From Piromyces finnis finn (lineage: Eukaryota > Fungi > Neocallimastigomycota), in assembly GCA_002104945.1 (NCBI GenBank), contig MCFH01000041.1:425421-489420 (forward strand): DNA of 64,000 nucleotides. The letters run 5' to 3'. Numbering within the stretch: the first letter of the stretch is position 1; the number at the start of each line of letters is the position of its first letter. The notes beneath the pieces were generated by a model that made no database searches, had not been told where the DNA came from, and saw only the letters and a list, made by a program, of their open reading frames with translations. Shown here in pieces: positions 44,571 through 58,102 of this stretch. A program made the position numbers and the translations under genes.

Positions 44571-47212
44571 ATTGTTTAATATATTATATATATTATGTTG
44601 AATTCGTTTCTTTTAGTGTTGTTATTTTATGGCGTTTTATATTTTAAAATTAACGAAATATATTAATAAATTCTTTTTTAACAAAAAAAAATAAAAATCT
44701 TTTAACAATTATATTAATTGATAATTGATAATATTTATTTTTACTAGGTAAATTTTGATATTTTATATTTATATTTAATTTATTACTTGGATATAAAAAT
44801 TAAAAATACTAATAGTTATAAATATAATATATTTACTATGAAAACATTGAACTATATAAACGTTTATTTTTTTTTATGTAATAAATTATATTTTGAATAA
44901 ATTTCTATTTATCGATATATAAAATGCATTCAATTTTTTATTGAATTATTAATAATAAAAATAATAACCAATCTTATTATCTACTTAATTCTTTTTGGAA
45001 AAATTTTGGAAATGTATTTAATATTCAACAATATATATTTCTTTTCAGTATATTCTATATTGTATTTATAAAATTTTATTTAATTAAGGTATTGCTTATT
45101 TTATTACTTTACAGTATGTTAATTTGTCAATATAATTAAATTAAAATTGAATATTAAATTATACAATTTTACTGGTATTTTTGCATATAATTATTTATAA
45201 ATGAAAATATTATCTATTTTATTATAATGTTTAACCATTAGATATATTAATTTGCAAATAATATAAAGGTAAAATTAAATAATATTGAATTATTTAATTT
45301 TACTGGTATTATGATTTATAAATAGCTATACTCAAATAAATATTAATGTTTTATTGATATTTTTTCGAATTCGGTTGTTTTCTATATAGATTAGGTTATT
45401 TTTATTGACCGTATTTTTTTTTTTTTGACAAGAATCAGAATAATAATAAACTATTTAATTTTTAACAATTTTGATACAGTTGATTATAAAAAAATATAAA
45501 TAGTGGTATTTATTTTTATAAAATATTTATATTTTCGAATTTATTAATTTCCCTGATTCATTTTTTTTTTTCCTATTACCTATAAATTATAATATAAATA
45601 TATATTATAAAGATTAGTTATTTATTGTACGGTATATTATTGTTATCTATATAGAAATTACAATTTTTTTATAAATAATAATTCAATTTTATTTTTATCT
45701 TTATATAATTTTTATTTGATATTTTAATGATAAATATATACTACTTTGTTAATTACTTTACGAAAATTATGATTTTAATTAAATTTTAATTTGTCTAATG
45801 ACTCGTAATTTTCCATTAAGAATAAAAATATTGAATTTTTTTAAATGTGATTAAATTCATTATATATAAATTTTTACTTGTTAAAAAAAAAAAAAAAAAT
45901 GAAATAAATCTAAACGTCTTATTCTTTATAACAATAATTTTTATTAAAGTATTCTAAATATACTCATTTCTATATATGATATGAAATTAATATATATGAA
46001 ATTTGAGCTTTACAAAATTACTATAATTTCAAATAATATATTAAGAATATTATGATGCTTACTAATCTTTTAATAAAAGAGATAGACAATAAGATTAGCT
46101 TTCAAAAATATTTAAAAAAAAAAAAAAAAACAGTTACTACTGCTACCCTACCATGAATAATATTGGCAAAATATTACTATAGAAAAAAATAAATTAAAAA
46201 ATATTCATGTATATATGTATATTTATGTATATATTGATATATAAAACATATTATTAAAAGTAATATATTTCTTTTATTTCTAATTAATAATAATATATTA
46301 GATTATTTTTTATCAATATATTTTTATATCTTTAAAAATATATGCAATATATTATCATTATATTTTATATATAAATTTGATTCTATTTTTTAATAAAAAT
46401 AATAAATATAAATAAAATATAAATTAATATAATTAAAAATTAAAAAATATAAAAAAAGAAAATTTTAATATAGAAAGAATACTATTCTTTTTATATTTCT
46501 ACAAAATAAAAAGATTATTAATATATTTAATTTAATATTTAATTATTTATTTAAATTAGTATTCATTCCTTCATTCATTAAAATTGAAACTTGTTACCTT
46601 TATATATATTCTAATTATTATTACTATTACCAAAAGGTAAAAAAAAAAAACATTTAAAATATGTATTACTATTTTAAATAATGATTTTTGATATATATCT
46701 ATTAAATATTACATATTATAAATATAATATCATTTAATATTTATATATTATATTATTTAAAGAAATTAAATAATATAATATTTAATAATATAATATTTTT
46801 TGTAGTAAAGTAAAAAAGATTAAGAATAAATATATATTTTTTATTTTCAATTTTTTAATTCTTTATTTCCATTATATAATTATAAATAATAGTAGTTTTT
46901 TTAAAAAAAAAATAGTATTATTTTATTTGTTCATATTATTAATGCAGATGAAAAAAAAAAAACAATAAATATTTTATTTAGAAAGTTAATATTTCTTTAA
47001 AAAATCAATGATTTAATAAGGTTAATTTATATTTAAAAGATAAATTGTATATTTAAGTATTATATATATATATAGGATATTTAATATAGGCTATTTATTC
47101 TGTACATTCCATTTCCATAAAATAAAAATAGTTTAAAGAGTTTAATAGGATCATTATTTAACATCTTTAAAAATAGAATTTTTTATAAAAAAAAAAAAAA
47201 GATAATAAATCT

Positions 47213-47335
47213 TTAATATTTTAATTCTATTTATCTTCAATTTTATATATCAAATATTTTAATTCTATTTATCTTCAATTTCATATATCAAATATTTTAA
47301 TTCTATTTATCTTCGATCTCATATATCAAACATTT
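47213..47335. repeat. 38-bp intergenic minisatellite, ~3 copies
   Basis: Unit AAATATTTTAATTCTATTTATCTTCAATTTCATATATC; TTAATTC recurs at 47221, 47259 and 47297. Confidence 0.9.
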
Positions 47336-48090
47336 TTAAGTCAAAGCAAATATATTCTTAATAAAAATAAAAACGAATGAAATGACACTTTATTCATACT
47401 TCTTTATAGTCTATCCTTTTACTAATCTTAAAAATAAAAAAATGATAACTGAAAATCATAAAAAATAAAATTTAAATATTTTTTGTGGTATGATTTGAAT
47501 TTCATATTTATAAAGTTTAATATTATTTAACTCTTAATTTAGAATGAACTTTAAGAATAATTATATTTTACTCATGATTTTAAAAATTGGAAAAAAAAAA
47601 CATCTAAATATAATTATCAAAAAATCTTTAATTCTATCAATTTGTATTTTTATATATGCATTTACATTCAAAAGATAATAATAATAAAAAAAGATGGAAA
47701 ATTAAAAACAATACTCATTTTTAATAAAAAAATATAATATTTAACTTTTTTAAAAAAAATTTGACTTTGTAAATTGGAGAATTTTTTATAATTATATTTA
47801 TAATTATGTAAAAATAAAAAATCATTAAATATTTATAAATCCTGTTATTATTAAAATAATAAAAATATTAGAATATATATTTTGAAATATAAATATATAA
47901 TATTTTTTTTTTTTTTTTTTTTTACAATAATATTAAAAATAAATGGTAGTAAGAATATCAATATTTATTTAATAATAGTAAATCTAACATAACAATAATT
48001 AATGTTATGTTACTACGAAACAAAATAATAAATAATATCACCATTATTTATAGGGAAAATACATAGAAAAACTACAATATATTAGAATAA

Positions 48091-50399
48091 ATGTTTCATT
48101 TTCATTACTTTATTTTTATATTTTATTTATTGCTATCATTTAAAGATGCTTCAACTGCTGAAATTAATGTTTTTGGAGTAGATGATTTTATAGCATCCAT
48201 ATCTAAAAATGAAACAATAATAATTAATAATTATATTTATATAAATCAAACTATCGAAATACCCAAAAGTATTTCAACTATAAAAATACATGGCAATAAT
48301 AATAATTTGGGTAAATTAATATTTAGCAATACAAAAGATCAATTGATATTTAACTATCAAAAATTAGTCGAAATATCAAATTTAAACATTGTTGGCAATT
48401 TATCATTTATTGGTAATGGAAATATTAAATTAAATAAAATTAATTTAACTGGATTCCTTCATACTTTAAAAATGGGAGGAAATTCATTAGCTATTAATGA
48501 ATCAACAATTCTTTTTCCAAATTATGAAAATTCCAAAGATATCGATGGTATAAGTTTGAATGAAGGAAATAATTATATAGAAAATTCTAATATTTCCAGT
48601 ATTTTTAACAATAATTTGAACTACTTGCTATATTTTAATGGAAATAATAAATATTCATTAAGTATAAAATCATCTATATTTAACGGTGAAAATACATCAA
48701 GTGGTGTTAAAGCAGAGTTTGGAATAATTAATATTGAATCTTCAAATTTTATTAATTTATATTCACCATATAATGGGTATGATAGTTTATAAATAGATAA
48801 ATTGTAATAATGGGATTATTAAGTAAATTAATTCTATTTATTCTATATGTCTTATATTTATATTTTAATTTTCAAAAAAAAAAAAAAAAAAAAAAAGTGG
48901 TGCATTATATATTTCACAATCAAAAGTGTTATTAAATAATTTATATTTTGAAAATAATAAAGCAGAAAATTGTGGTGGATCAATTTATCTTATGAATAAT
49001 TTAAATGTTGAAGGAAATAATTTAAAAGGACATAATATATATGCTGGTTATACAGTAAAATATTTATTGTTTTAATTTTTAAAGATTTTATAACTTAATA
49101 AAAAAAATTAATAAATATATGATTTTCCTTCATAATATATTTACGAAATAAATTGTATATAAGGGAAGTTTGCTTGATATTAGTTCACAAAATATCGATA
49201 ATATTCATAATTTCAATAATATTACACTTATAAATGACTGGAATGCAAGAAATTCAAATGGCTATGGTTTAATTTTATGGTATAATAACACTATAATAAA
49301 ATACTTATAGTATAAAATTTATATATTAAAATTATACAATTTTTAATATATAATATAGTGCAAAATCTAATTCGTATGTTATTTTGAAGAATGCATATGG
49401 ATCAGATTTATATTGTGAAGATTCAGCTTGCAATATTTTTCTTGCTACTGGAAATACAATATTAAATATTGAGTAAAGAATTATTAAAAAATAAATCATT
49501 TTATTTTATAAGAAATTATTATTATCCATGTAACAAAAATATTTTTGAAACAACAAACATACTAAATACAATTTATATTATTTATGTAGAAATACAAATA
49601 TAAATAATGTTTATGGAGTTATCGGAAGTATTTTTCTTGAATCCTTCATGGAAAATAATAGCAACAGTAATGAAATTGTTAAAGTCAAAATTTCAAACTG
49701 CAGTTTGTCGAATATTTATCAAAATACTCTATCAAAATCATCCATATTATCATATATTAAAAGTGGAGAAATAGTTATAAATGAGTACTTATTTTTTTTT
49801 CAATAATAATACTATTTGGTTAAAACTTATGTATTTACTAATATATATATATATATTCATTTATATATAAATAATTTAATAAACTTAAGTTGCATATTAA
49901 ATAATATATACGGAACAAGATCATAGTATATGTCTACATATAAATAATATCAAAATAATATTATAAATATATAATATTAACCATACTTATTTAGTATAGT
50001 TTATAGTATATCAAAAGGACAATTAGAAATGAATAATATTGAAATCAATAACTTTCACAATAATATTGAATCTGGTGGATTTTATACTATTGAAGACTGT
50101 AAGTTTGAGAACAATTCATAATACATCTAAATCAAATTATTTATCGTTTTAATAAATATTTAATCATCATTTCTTTAATCTAATTAATAAATTAAAAATG
50201 AAAATAGTTCCAATGACTATAAATAATTTGAAGATTTATAATTCTACTTTCTATGGATGTAATTAAAATAATAATATTCAAATATAATAGTAAAATTGCT
50301 TATTAACTAATTTCATTATAATATAAAAAGTTATTTTTGCTTCAGATAAAGCTTATTTTGGTGTGAATAATTCTATTGTAAAAACTCTATTATTATTAC

Positions 50400-50447
<48 letters not shown>

Positions 50448-53400
50448 AAATTACTAATATTAATATAATTAATTTTGAAAAATGTAATGTAGATCAAAAA
50501 TATAAATACTGAAATCATAGAAAAATTACTAGATGATGGAACTTATACTGTAAAAGATAAATATATTAATGAAAACTATTTAATTGCGAGAACAAATCTT
50601 GATAATGCAGAATTGGTGTTTCAAAATGTTACATTTGATAATATATATGGAGGTATTAATATCATGAATATTTAATATTTTTTAAATTTATTAATCTAAT
50701 AATATATTAAATATTTATACAATTATATTATAAATAAAGAGAAAGGCTTCACACTATTAAATAAATCAAAAATAGTTATTAAGAAATCAAATTTTTCAAA
50801 TAATTTTTTTACAAATGCTTTTTTTCATATAAGTAAAGAAAATGAAGCACCAATAGGTAGTGTTGAAATTACCTCATCAACATTTTATAATAATGGAGGA
50901 TACACTAATGGATCAATTTTGAATTTTAATGCTAAAGGTTACTTTTATGGATTATATAAATTTAATTCATGTATATTTAATAATAATTATTCTTATGGAA
51001 ATGGTGGAGTCATTTATTCAATAAATGAACATGCCAGTGAATTGATATTATTTGTAAATTGTGAATTTAATAATAATAAAGCTAAAAATGGTATAATATT
51101 ATAATTTTCATATTTTTCTTTATACAATAAAAAATAATATGTAACATATATATATATACAAATATATAATTCGTTTATTATACATTAAGGTTCTATATGT
51201 TATGCACTAAGTAAAAAAACTGAACCTTATGTTTCAGACAAATTATTATACATAGGTAATAAGGGAATAGCATTTGCAACAAACCCATCTATTATGAAAT
51301 TAATAAATTCTCCATATAATGGATTAACTATATTATCAGGAAATACTATATCAAAATATGGAAAATGTAACTATTCAGCATATAAAATATTTATATAAAA
51401 AATTAATATGGATAATAAATATATTAATCATTTATAAATAACTCTCCATTTTAAAAATTTATAGTAAAATTATTAGATGACTACAGTAATAGTACGTATA
51501 GTACAATAGTACATTAATTATCTATATTAATATTTATTTCATATTATAATTACTGATTTAAACATAACCTATTTTGTTTAATAGATATTAGTTTTGATTT
51601 AGATCTAACCAACAATAATTTAAAAATCAATGATTTAATGTTTTATAAAATAAGCTTCAATGATACTTATAATGTTCACATAAGTAGTGCTATTTATGGA
51701 TATTATAGTGGTTATAATAATTATTTACCAAATATAAAAAGTAATATTTAATGTAAATCATTTTTATTACTTGTTTATATATACTAAGTATTGATTAATT
51801 TTTTTAGTTATAGGAAATCCTGGAAATTATTTATTATCCATTAGCATGATTTCATTTGGTAGAATATTATACAGAAATTATGAATTAATATTAGTTATAA
51901 TAATAAAATCATTATTACTAAATTATATATAATATATATAATTATACACAAATATTCAAAAAAGGTCCATTTTTCTCATTTGATAATAACATAGTATCTC
52001 TACCTATATCTATCAAGGAATGTCCAAAAAATTATAGTAATAATTATTTAGAAGAAAACAATTTTAAAACATGGTAAATTATAATAATAGAAAAAGAAAT
52101 ATTAAAGAAATATTAAATAACTATATATATGTGCATATTATAAATTATATTTATATATTATATTGCAATAAAAAATTAGTTATTTACCAAAGTGTTCTCC
52201 ATCATGTAATTCCGGTACTTGTATTAAAGATAATGTATGTGATTGTTCCACTTCAATATTAAAAGGAAAATATTGCAATGAACATAAAGAATATAAAAGG
52301 CCACAACATTTGAAGTATTTAATAAATATTTTATCTGCAATATCTATATTATTGTCTATAATTTCTATGGTTGTTATTGTAGAAAATCGAAAGGATAAGA
52401 TTATTCAAGCAGGTAATTATATTTTAAAAGTATAATATTTATTCTTTCATAATAATTATTAGCTACTAAAATATATATTATAAAAAAATTTTAAATATTA
52501 AAGCAAGCTATGATTTCTTACTTATAATTCTTTTTGGAACAATTATTATAAATTGTCACACAATACTTTCAAAGTATAAAAATACTCTAAAATGGTGTTA
52601 TATATCAAAATTAATGAATAATATTGTAATATTGATAATATTCTTTATATATGATTATCTACTTTTTTTTAAGTTTTATATCTTTAAAAAAATAATTTTT
52701 TTTTTCAATCTTTAATAGGGATTTTCATTGATTTACTTTTCAATTTTTATTAAGCTATTACGTGTTTTAAAAATGTAATAACTCAATTTATATTTTTATT
52801 TTTTAACAATAATATAATAATAGTATATTATATTAACATAAATATTAACGATTAATTTATTAATAATGGGCATCTAGTTTTTTCAGTAGTAAAATTTATT
52901 CAATAAGTTTAAAAAAAATGTACCTATCTCTTATTTTCGTAATCTTCTTTCATATTGTCTCATATTCTCTTTATTATAGAAAAGGTTATATTGAATCATC
53001 TGAAAGCTATTTTAATGATTACAAAGCATTATCATGTAATTTTAGCGGAATAGAAAAATCAAAGTACGTTTTAATGATACAATAATTAAACTAATATAAT
53101 ATAAAAAATAATTAACTAGGTTTATTTTCAACAATTTTTTATATTATTACTATTATCATATTATATAGTGAATTAATTAATTTTTTAGTTCTATTTTTAA
53201 GTTGTGTATATTCATATATGTTAAGAAATATACCAAAAGAATTTAATGAAGTAATTATAATAATCATTAATTATATTATAATATTTAAATTAATCAGTTA
53301 ATTATATTATTATAAATATTGATAATACCCTTATTAACTTGATTTTATTGTTATTAATACTATTATTATTAGCAACTCACTGTTCCAGTATATATATATA

Positions 53401-53597
53401 TATTAACATATTTTCTTAATAAAACCATAACAGTAATTAATATTGATTTCCTTTCCAAAGACATTATATCTTTTGTTTGCATTATTTTTAATATAATTAC
53501 TGTAAAATATTTTATCTATTACAAGAAATTTATACTAATTTACAAAAAGAAAAGAATGTTAAATAATTATTCTTCTCTTTCATGGTTTTATAAATAA
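48091..53597 (+). CDS. GPCR-like membrane protein with pectin-lyase-fold ectodomain, EGF-like motif and class-C-like TM region; many exons
   Basis: Signal peptide. Asn-rich beta-helix repeats (GALYISQSKVLLNNLYFENNKAENCGGSIYL; FNNNYSYGNGGVIYS). EGF-like CSPSCNSGTCIKDNVCDC…GKYC. TM helices with NRKDKIIQAASYDFLLIILFG and IPKEFNEQLTVPVYIYI. Stop at 53595-53597. Not every middle exon was traced. Confidence 0.8.
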
Positions 53598-54181
53598 TAT
53601 ATAACTTAACTGTTAGCATAACACAAAAAAAATTAAATTTATACAATCAATAAAAATAATAAATATATTAGCATTTTTAAAAAAAAAATAAAAAAATAAT
53701 TTATTATAAAAGTGATATTCTAATTATTTGAGCTTATTCTACACAACTTTAATTGCTATATTACTCAATTCAAATATTATTTATTAATAAGAAATTGTTT
53801 TATTTTTTTTTTCTAAAAATTTAAAATAATATCTACAATTAAAAAAAGAAAGTAAATTATATTCCTCTTATTTCTCTTCAAAATATTTTTTTATAATAAT
53901 AATAATTTATTTTTAGATAATATCTGTTTATCAATTAGTTTAGTTTTAATTATTTAAGTATCAACTTTTTAATAATTATACTCTTATTTACATATTAAAT
54001 GAAAATAATTTAAAAAAAAAAAAAGCTAATATTTGTTAATAAATATTAATATATATATAATATATTATTATTTAAAAATATAAATGATAAGTAAAAATTT
54101 ATAATCGTATATACCATTTAAAAATATATATAATTATAGATAATTTTGTATAATTTTTTATTTTAAATTATTTTACATTTT

Positions 54182-56020
54182 TTATTCACATTTATTACTA
54201 TCGATAACACACCATTCTTTGTTTTCAACACCCCAGTCACCAAGTTCATCAGTAAGGTGAACTTTGCAATGACTACAGCATGGGTAACCATAATAAGATG
54301 ACCAACAACTATCATATTGTTCTTGACAAGATTCACTTTGAATACCACACCATTAACCATTTTCAGCACCCCATAAGCCGGATTCATCCTTAAGAAGAAC
54401 AATACAGTGAGAACAACATGAGTAACCCATTTCTTCAGACCAGCATGAAGTATTGACAATTGTTTCAGTGGATGTTGCAGCAATGGTAGTAGTAGAAGAT
54501 GGTTCGATAGTAGTAGATGACCCAATAGTTGAAGAGCAAGTAACAGGATAGTTCTCACAAGCAAGCTTATAACGACTTTCGATCCACTTTTTAAGAGCAG
54601 TGTATGAACCTACATCAGTATATTCACAATTATTTACAAAATCTTCTAAAGAATATGGACCCTTTGACGAAGTTATCTTCTTGTTAACATAACCTGGATA
54701 AACACCATCAATTGGAGTACGATCTTCTTCTATGTAAGGATAAAGCCACTCTTTTAATAAATTAATATGTGGGTAAAGAACATCTGGATTAAAAGAATTA
54801 TCCAAAACATATTGAAGATTCTTAACAAATGAAGTTGTATCGTTTTTGGTTAAGACATCAACAATATAACGTGGACTGTAGTAGTCTTCAAATAAAACAG
54901 CTTTGCTTTCATGACCTCTACCCATATTTGGACCAAAAGTAGAATCGAAATCATATGGAAGAATAGTCCATTTACCATTAGTTATTTGTTTATATAAATA
55001 ATAATTTTTACCATCAATTAATGAACTATCCCATGAACCGGTAAGCCATTCAAAAATCCAAACTTGAATGAAATAATCAACTTCCATAATATCTTCTAAA
55101 TCTTCACGAGTTTGAGCTTCAGCAATAGCAGTCATAAATTCTTCCAATGGTTTTGTGTCACCGTTAAGGTCATCATTGCCATTTACACAAATTCTAACAT
55201 TATTCATTGTAAAATCAGAATTTGCAGAACTGCATTGGTAGAGAGCAGAAACCTCTTTATCATTGTAAACTTGTTTAACCCATGACTTTTTGTAAATATC
55301 CATTATTAAGTAAAGTCCCATAAATTGATCATTAAAGAAAACACGAGCATAATTAGCGGAAATAGATGGTAAACCTAAACGATTTAAAATATCACATGAA
55401 AGTTTACTACGAAGAAAAGAAGCATCATCAACAGTTGGACGAATACGGAAATGCTTTCTTCCAAATAAATTACCCTTATCACATTTAATATTGTAACCTA
55501 ATTTTGCCTTACTTTTTGAAGATTTACCTCCAACAGAAATGGAAACTAAATCAACAACTGTCTTTTCACCATTAATAACAAACTCTAAAGTTGCATTAGC
55601 TTTAAATTCTTCGCTTGATGAAGTAGTAGGGTTTTTTATTCCACCTGTACTTGGCATTCCACCATTTCCTGTATTTGGTTTTCCATTTCCAAAACCACCT
55701 TCGGGCATAGGCATGGTATTATTTCCTGGGGCTTTACCACCACCACCAAAACCACCTTCAGGCATAGGCATGGTATTATTTCCTGGAGCTTTTCCACCAC
55801 CACCAAAACCACCACTACCTTGTTCAAATAAGGTCTCCATATCATTTGAATCCATTGTAATATAAATATCAGGAACATTATAATCTGTTAAGGTAAATAG
55901 TTCAGCACGAACAGTATCTTTTAAAAATTCATCCTTTGTATTTTCCGAATAAACTTTATCAAGGTTTAACATAATTGATGCAAATAAGCATCCTAGCCAA
56001 TTTTGTTTAAATAACTTCAT
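54182..56020 (-). CDS. CotH kinase-like protein with two C-terminal fungal dockerins (CBM10/NCDD), interrupted by an in-frame TAA at 54353-54355
   Basis: CotH motifs [45 protein letters not shown]…GKNYYLY and [11 protein letters not shown]. Thr-rich linker. Dockerin 1 [11 protein letters not shown]…WGAENG*WCGI; dockerin 2 [14 protein letters not shown]…[11 protein letters not shown]; final stop at 54182-54184. Confidence 0.93.
55689..55813. repeat. 57-nt coding tandem repeat ([19 protein letters not shown] x2+) in CotH
   Basis: CCAAAACCACC recurs at 55689, 55746 and 55803, with only synonymous differences between units. Confidence 0.92.
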
Positions 56021-56279
56021 ATTTTTTGATTTGTTAGTTTTTTTTGTCTATGTCTATATTGTATTGAAAATAAAATTAGTTTAGATTTAATATACTTTTA
56101 AAAAAATATAATTTACAATAATTTATTAATTAATAGTTGTTATTATTTTTTTGTTTTGTTTTGTTTTTATTTGTTTGTTTTTTGTTTTTAATAAATTTTT
56201 AAAAACATTTAAGTTTGAAACTTCAAATATTCAACCCTTTCAAAGATATTTTATATATTTATATCATTTAACTAAAATT

Positions 56280-56315
<36 letters not shown>

Positions 56316-58102
56316 AATTCATCAACAATTTATTTAAATACATATTATTTCATCTATTCATTTAACATTATTTAAATGAATAAAAGTTATATATTAAATT
56401 ATTATCTTTTAACAAACCAAGTTTTAATTATTTTTTAATATTAAATAAACTTTTTCCCTTATTTTTATTGGACATATTACACAAGAAATTAAAAAAAAAT
56501 CTTGAATCATAATTACTATTTTTTTTAAAAGAAATTAATAAATTAATTAATTTTCATTTTTTTAAATTATTTTATTTATGGTAATATAATAGATGAAAAT
56601 ATTATAGATATAATAATAATACTAATAAAATAAATATTCATTTATACTTTCATATATTTAAAATATCTTTTAAAATGTTTAGTTATTATACTTAAATAAT
56701 AAAAAAAACTAAAAGATGATAACTTTATAATAAAAATGCAAAAAATAATAAAATAAAAAGAATATTAGATTATCTTTTTTATGGTTAAGATAAAAACATA
56801 TTATTAAATTAAAATGTCAATAAAGAAAATAAAAAGAATAAATAATAATTTTAAAGTTTAATAATTAAAAATTTTAATAAATACTGTTTTTTTTTTTATT
56901 TTTATTGTGTCATTTATTCGTCTTGGCTATTATCATATCATATTATCATCCATTGAAAATAAAAAGAATATATATAAATAGTCTTTTAAATTATTATTAT
57001 TATTTCTTAACAATAATATTATTTTATATAATCAAAAAAAAAAATATATATATATATATATATAAATGTTAAGCAAGTTGTCTTGGCTAATTTCATCTAT
57101 TAAAAATAAATTATTTTAATTATTATGGTAGTTTAACATTTTTATTCTTTCTTTTTATGCAAAAATATATAAATTGAAATGACATTAAAAAAAATTTTTT
57201 TAAAGAAATAAAATATATATACTAATAAATCCTGAGTTTTTTCCAAGAATTTGTTAAGAATATAAAGAAATAATAATTAATTTTTGTTATTGTTTATCTT
57301 ATGTATAGAAGCAAATATATATTGATTATTTATTATTTTTTTCTATTTACACTAAATCATTTATTAAGTTTCTACAAAAAAATGTTTTAATATTATTATG
57401 GCATTGAAATTTAATTATTGCAAAGATAAATAATTTTAAACTACATTAATAATTATATTTATTAATAAAAATGATTTATAAATTTTTGTTAACTTTTAAG
57501 TTTTTTTAAAATTAACCAAAATTTATAATTTTATACAATTATTTGAAAGTATTTTCACAGCTATAAAGTTATAACAATATTTATGTATCTAATATATAAT
57601 TTATATTTTTTTTTAAATAAGGATTTATATTTATAAAAAACCATTAGTGATTTTATGATTTTGTTATATGAATTATTTTAAATTATTATATTATTTGTGT
57701 ATCTAATATATATATTTATAATTTATATATATATTTTAATTAAGGATTTAAATTTATGAAATACTACTCATAATTTTATGATTTCGTTATTAATTACATT
57801 TATGATTTTTATCTTTAACTTTTAACACGCAAAAGAGGGGGGAACATAAAATCTTTTATATTCATTGTTTTATTTATTTAATTATATAAAAATTAAATAA
57901 TGATTTTAAAAATTAAATTCACTTTAAAATTATTAATATGAATAAATCCATTATAGAATGATTCTATTATATAACACGCGGAAGTTTTTAGTAAAAAAAA
58001 CTTCAACTGCTATTGTTTTTTTTAATAATTTTATATTTATATAAAAAAATTTAATTTTATCCCTTTAACTTAAAATTGAAATTTACTATTATTTAGAGTG
58101 TT

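Noticed and set aside
54163-54564. 133-aa minus-strand ORF overlapping the CotH end
   Set aside because: It is an alternative frame with no recognisable motif; the dockerins continue in the CotH frame after the TAA, so there is no need to invoke a frameshift.
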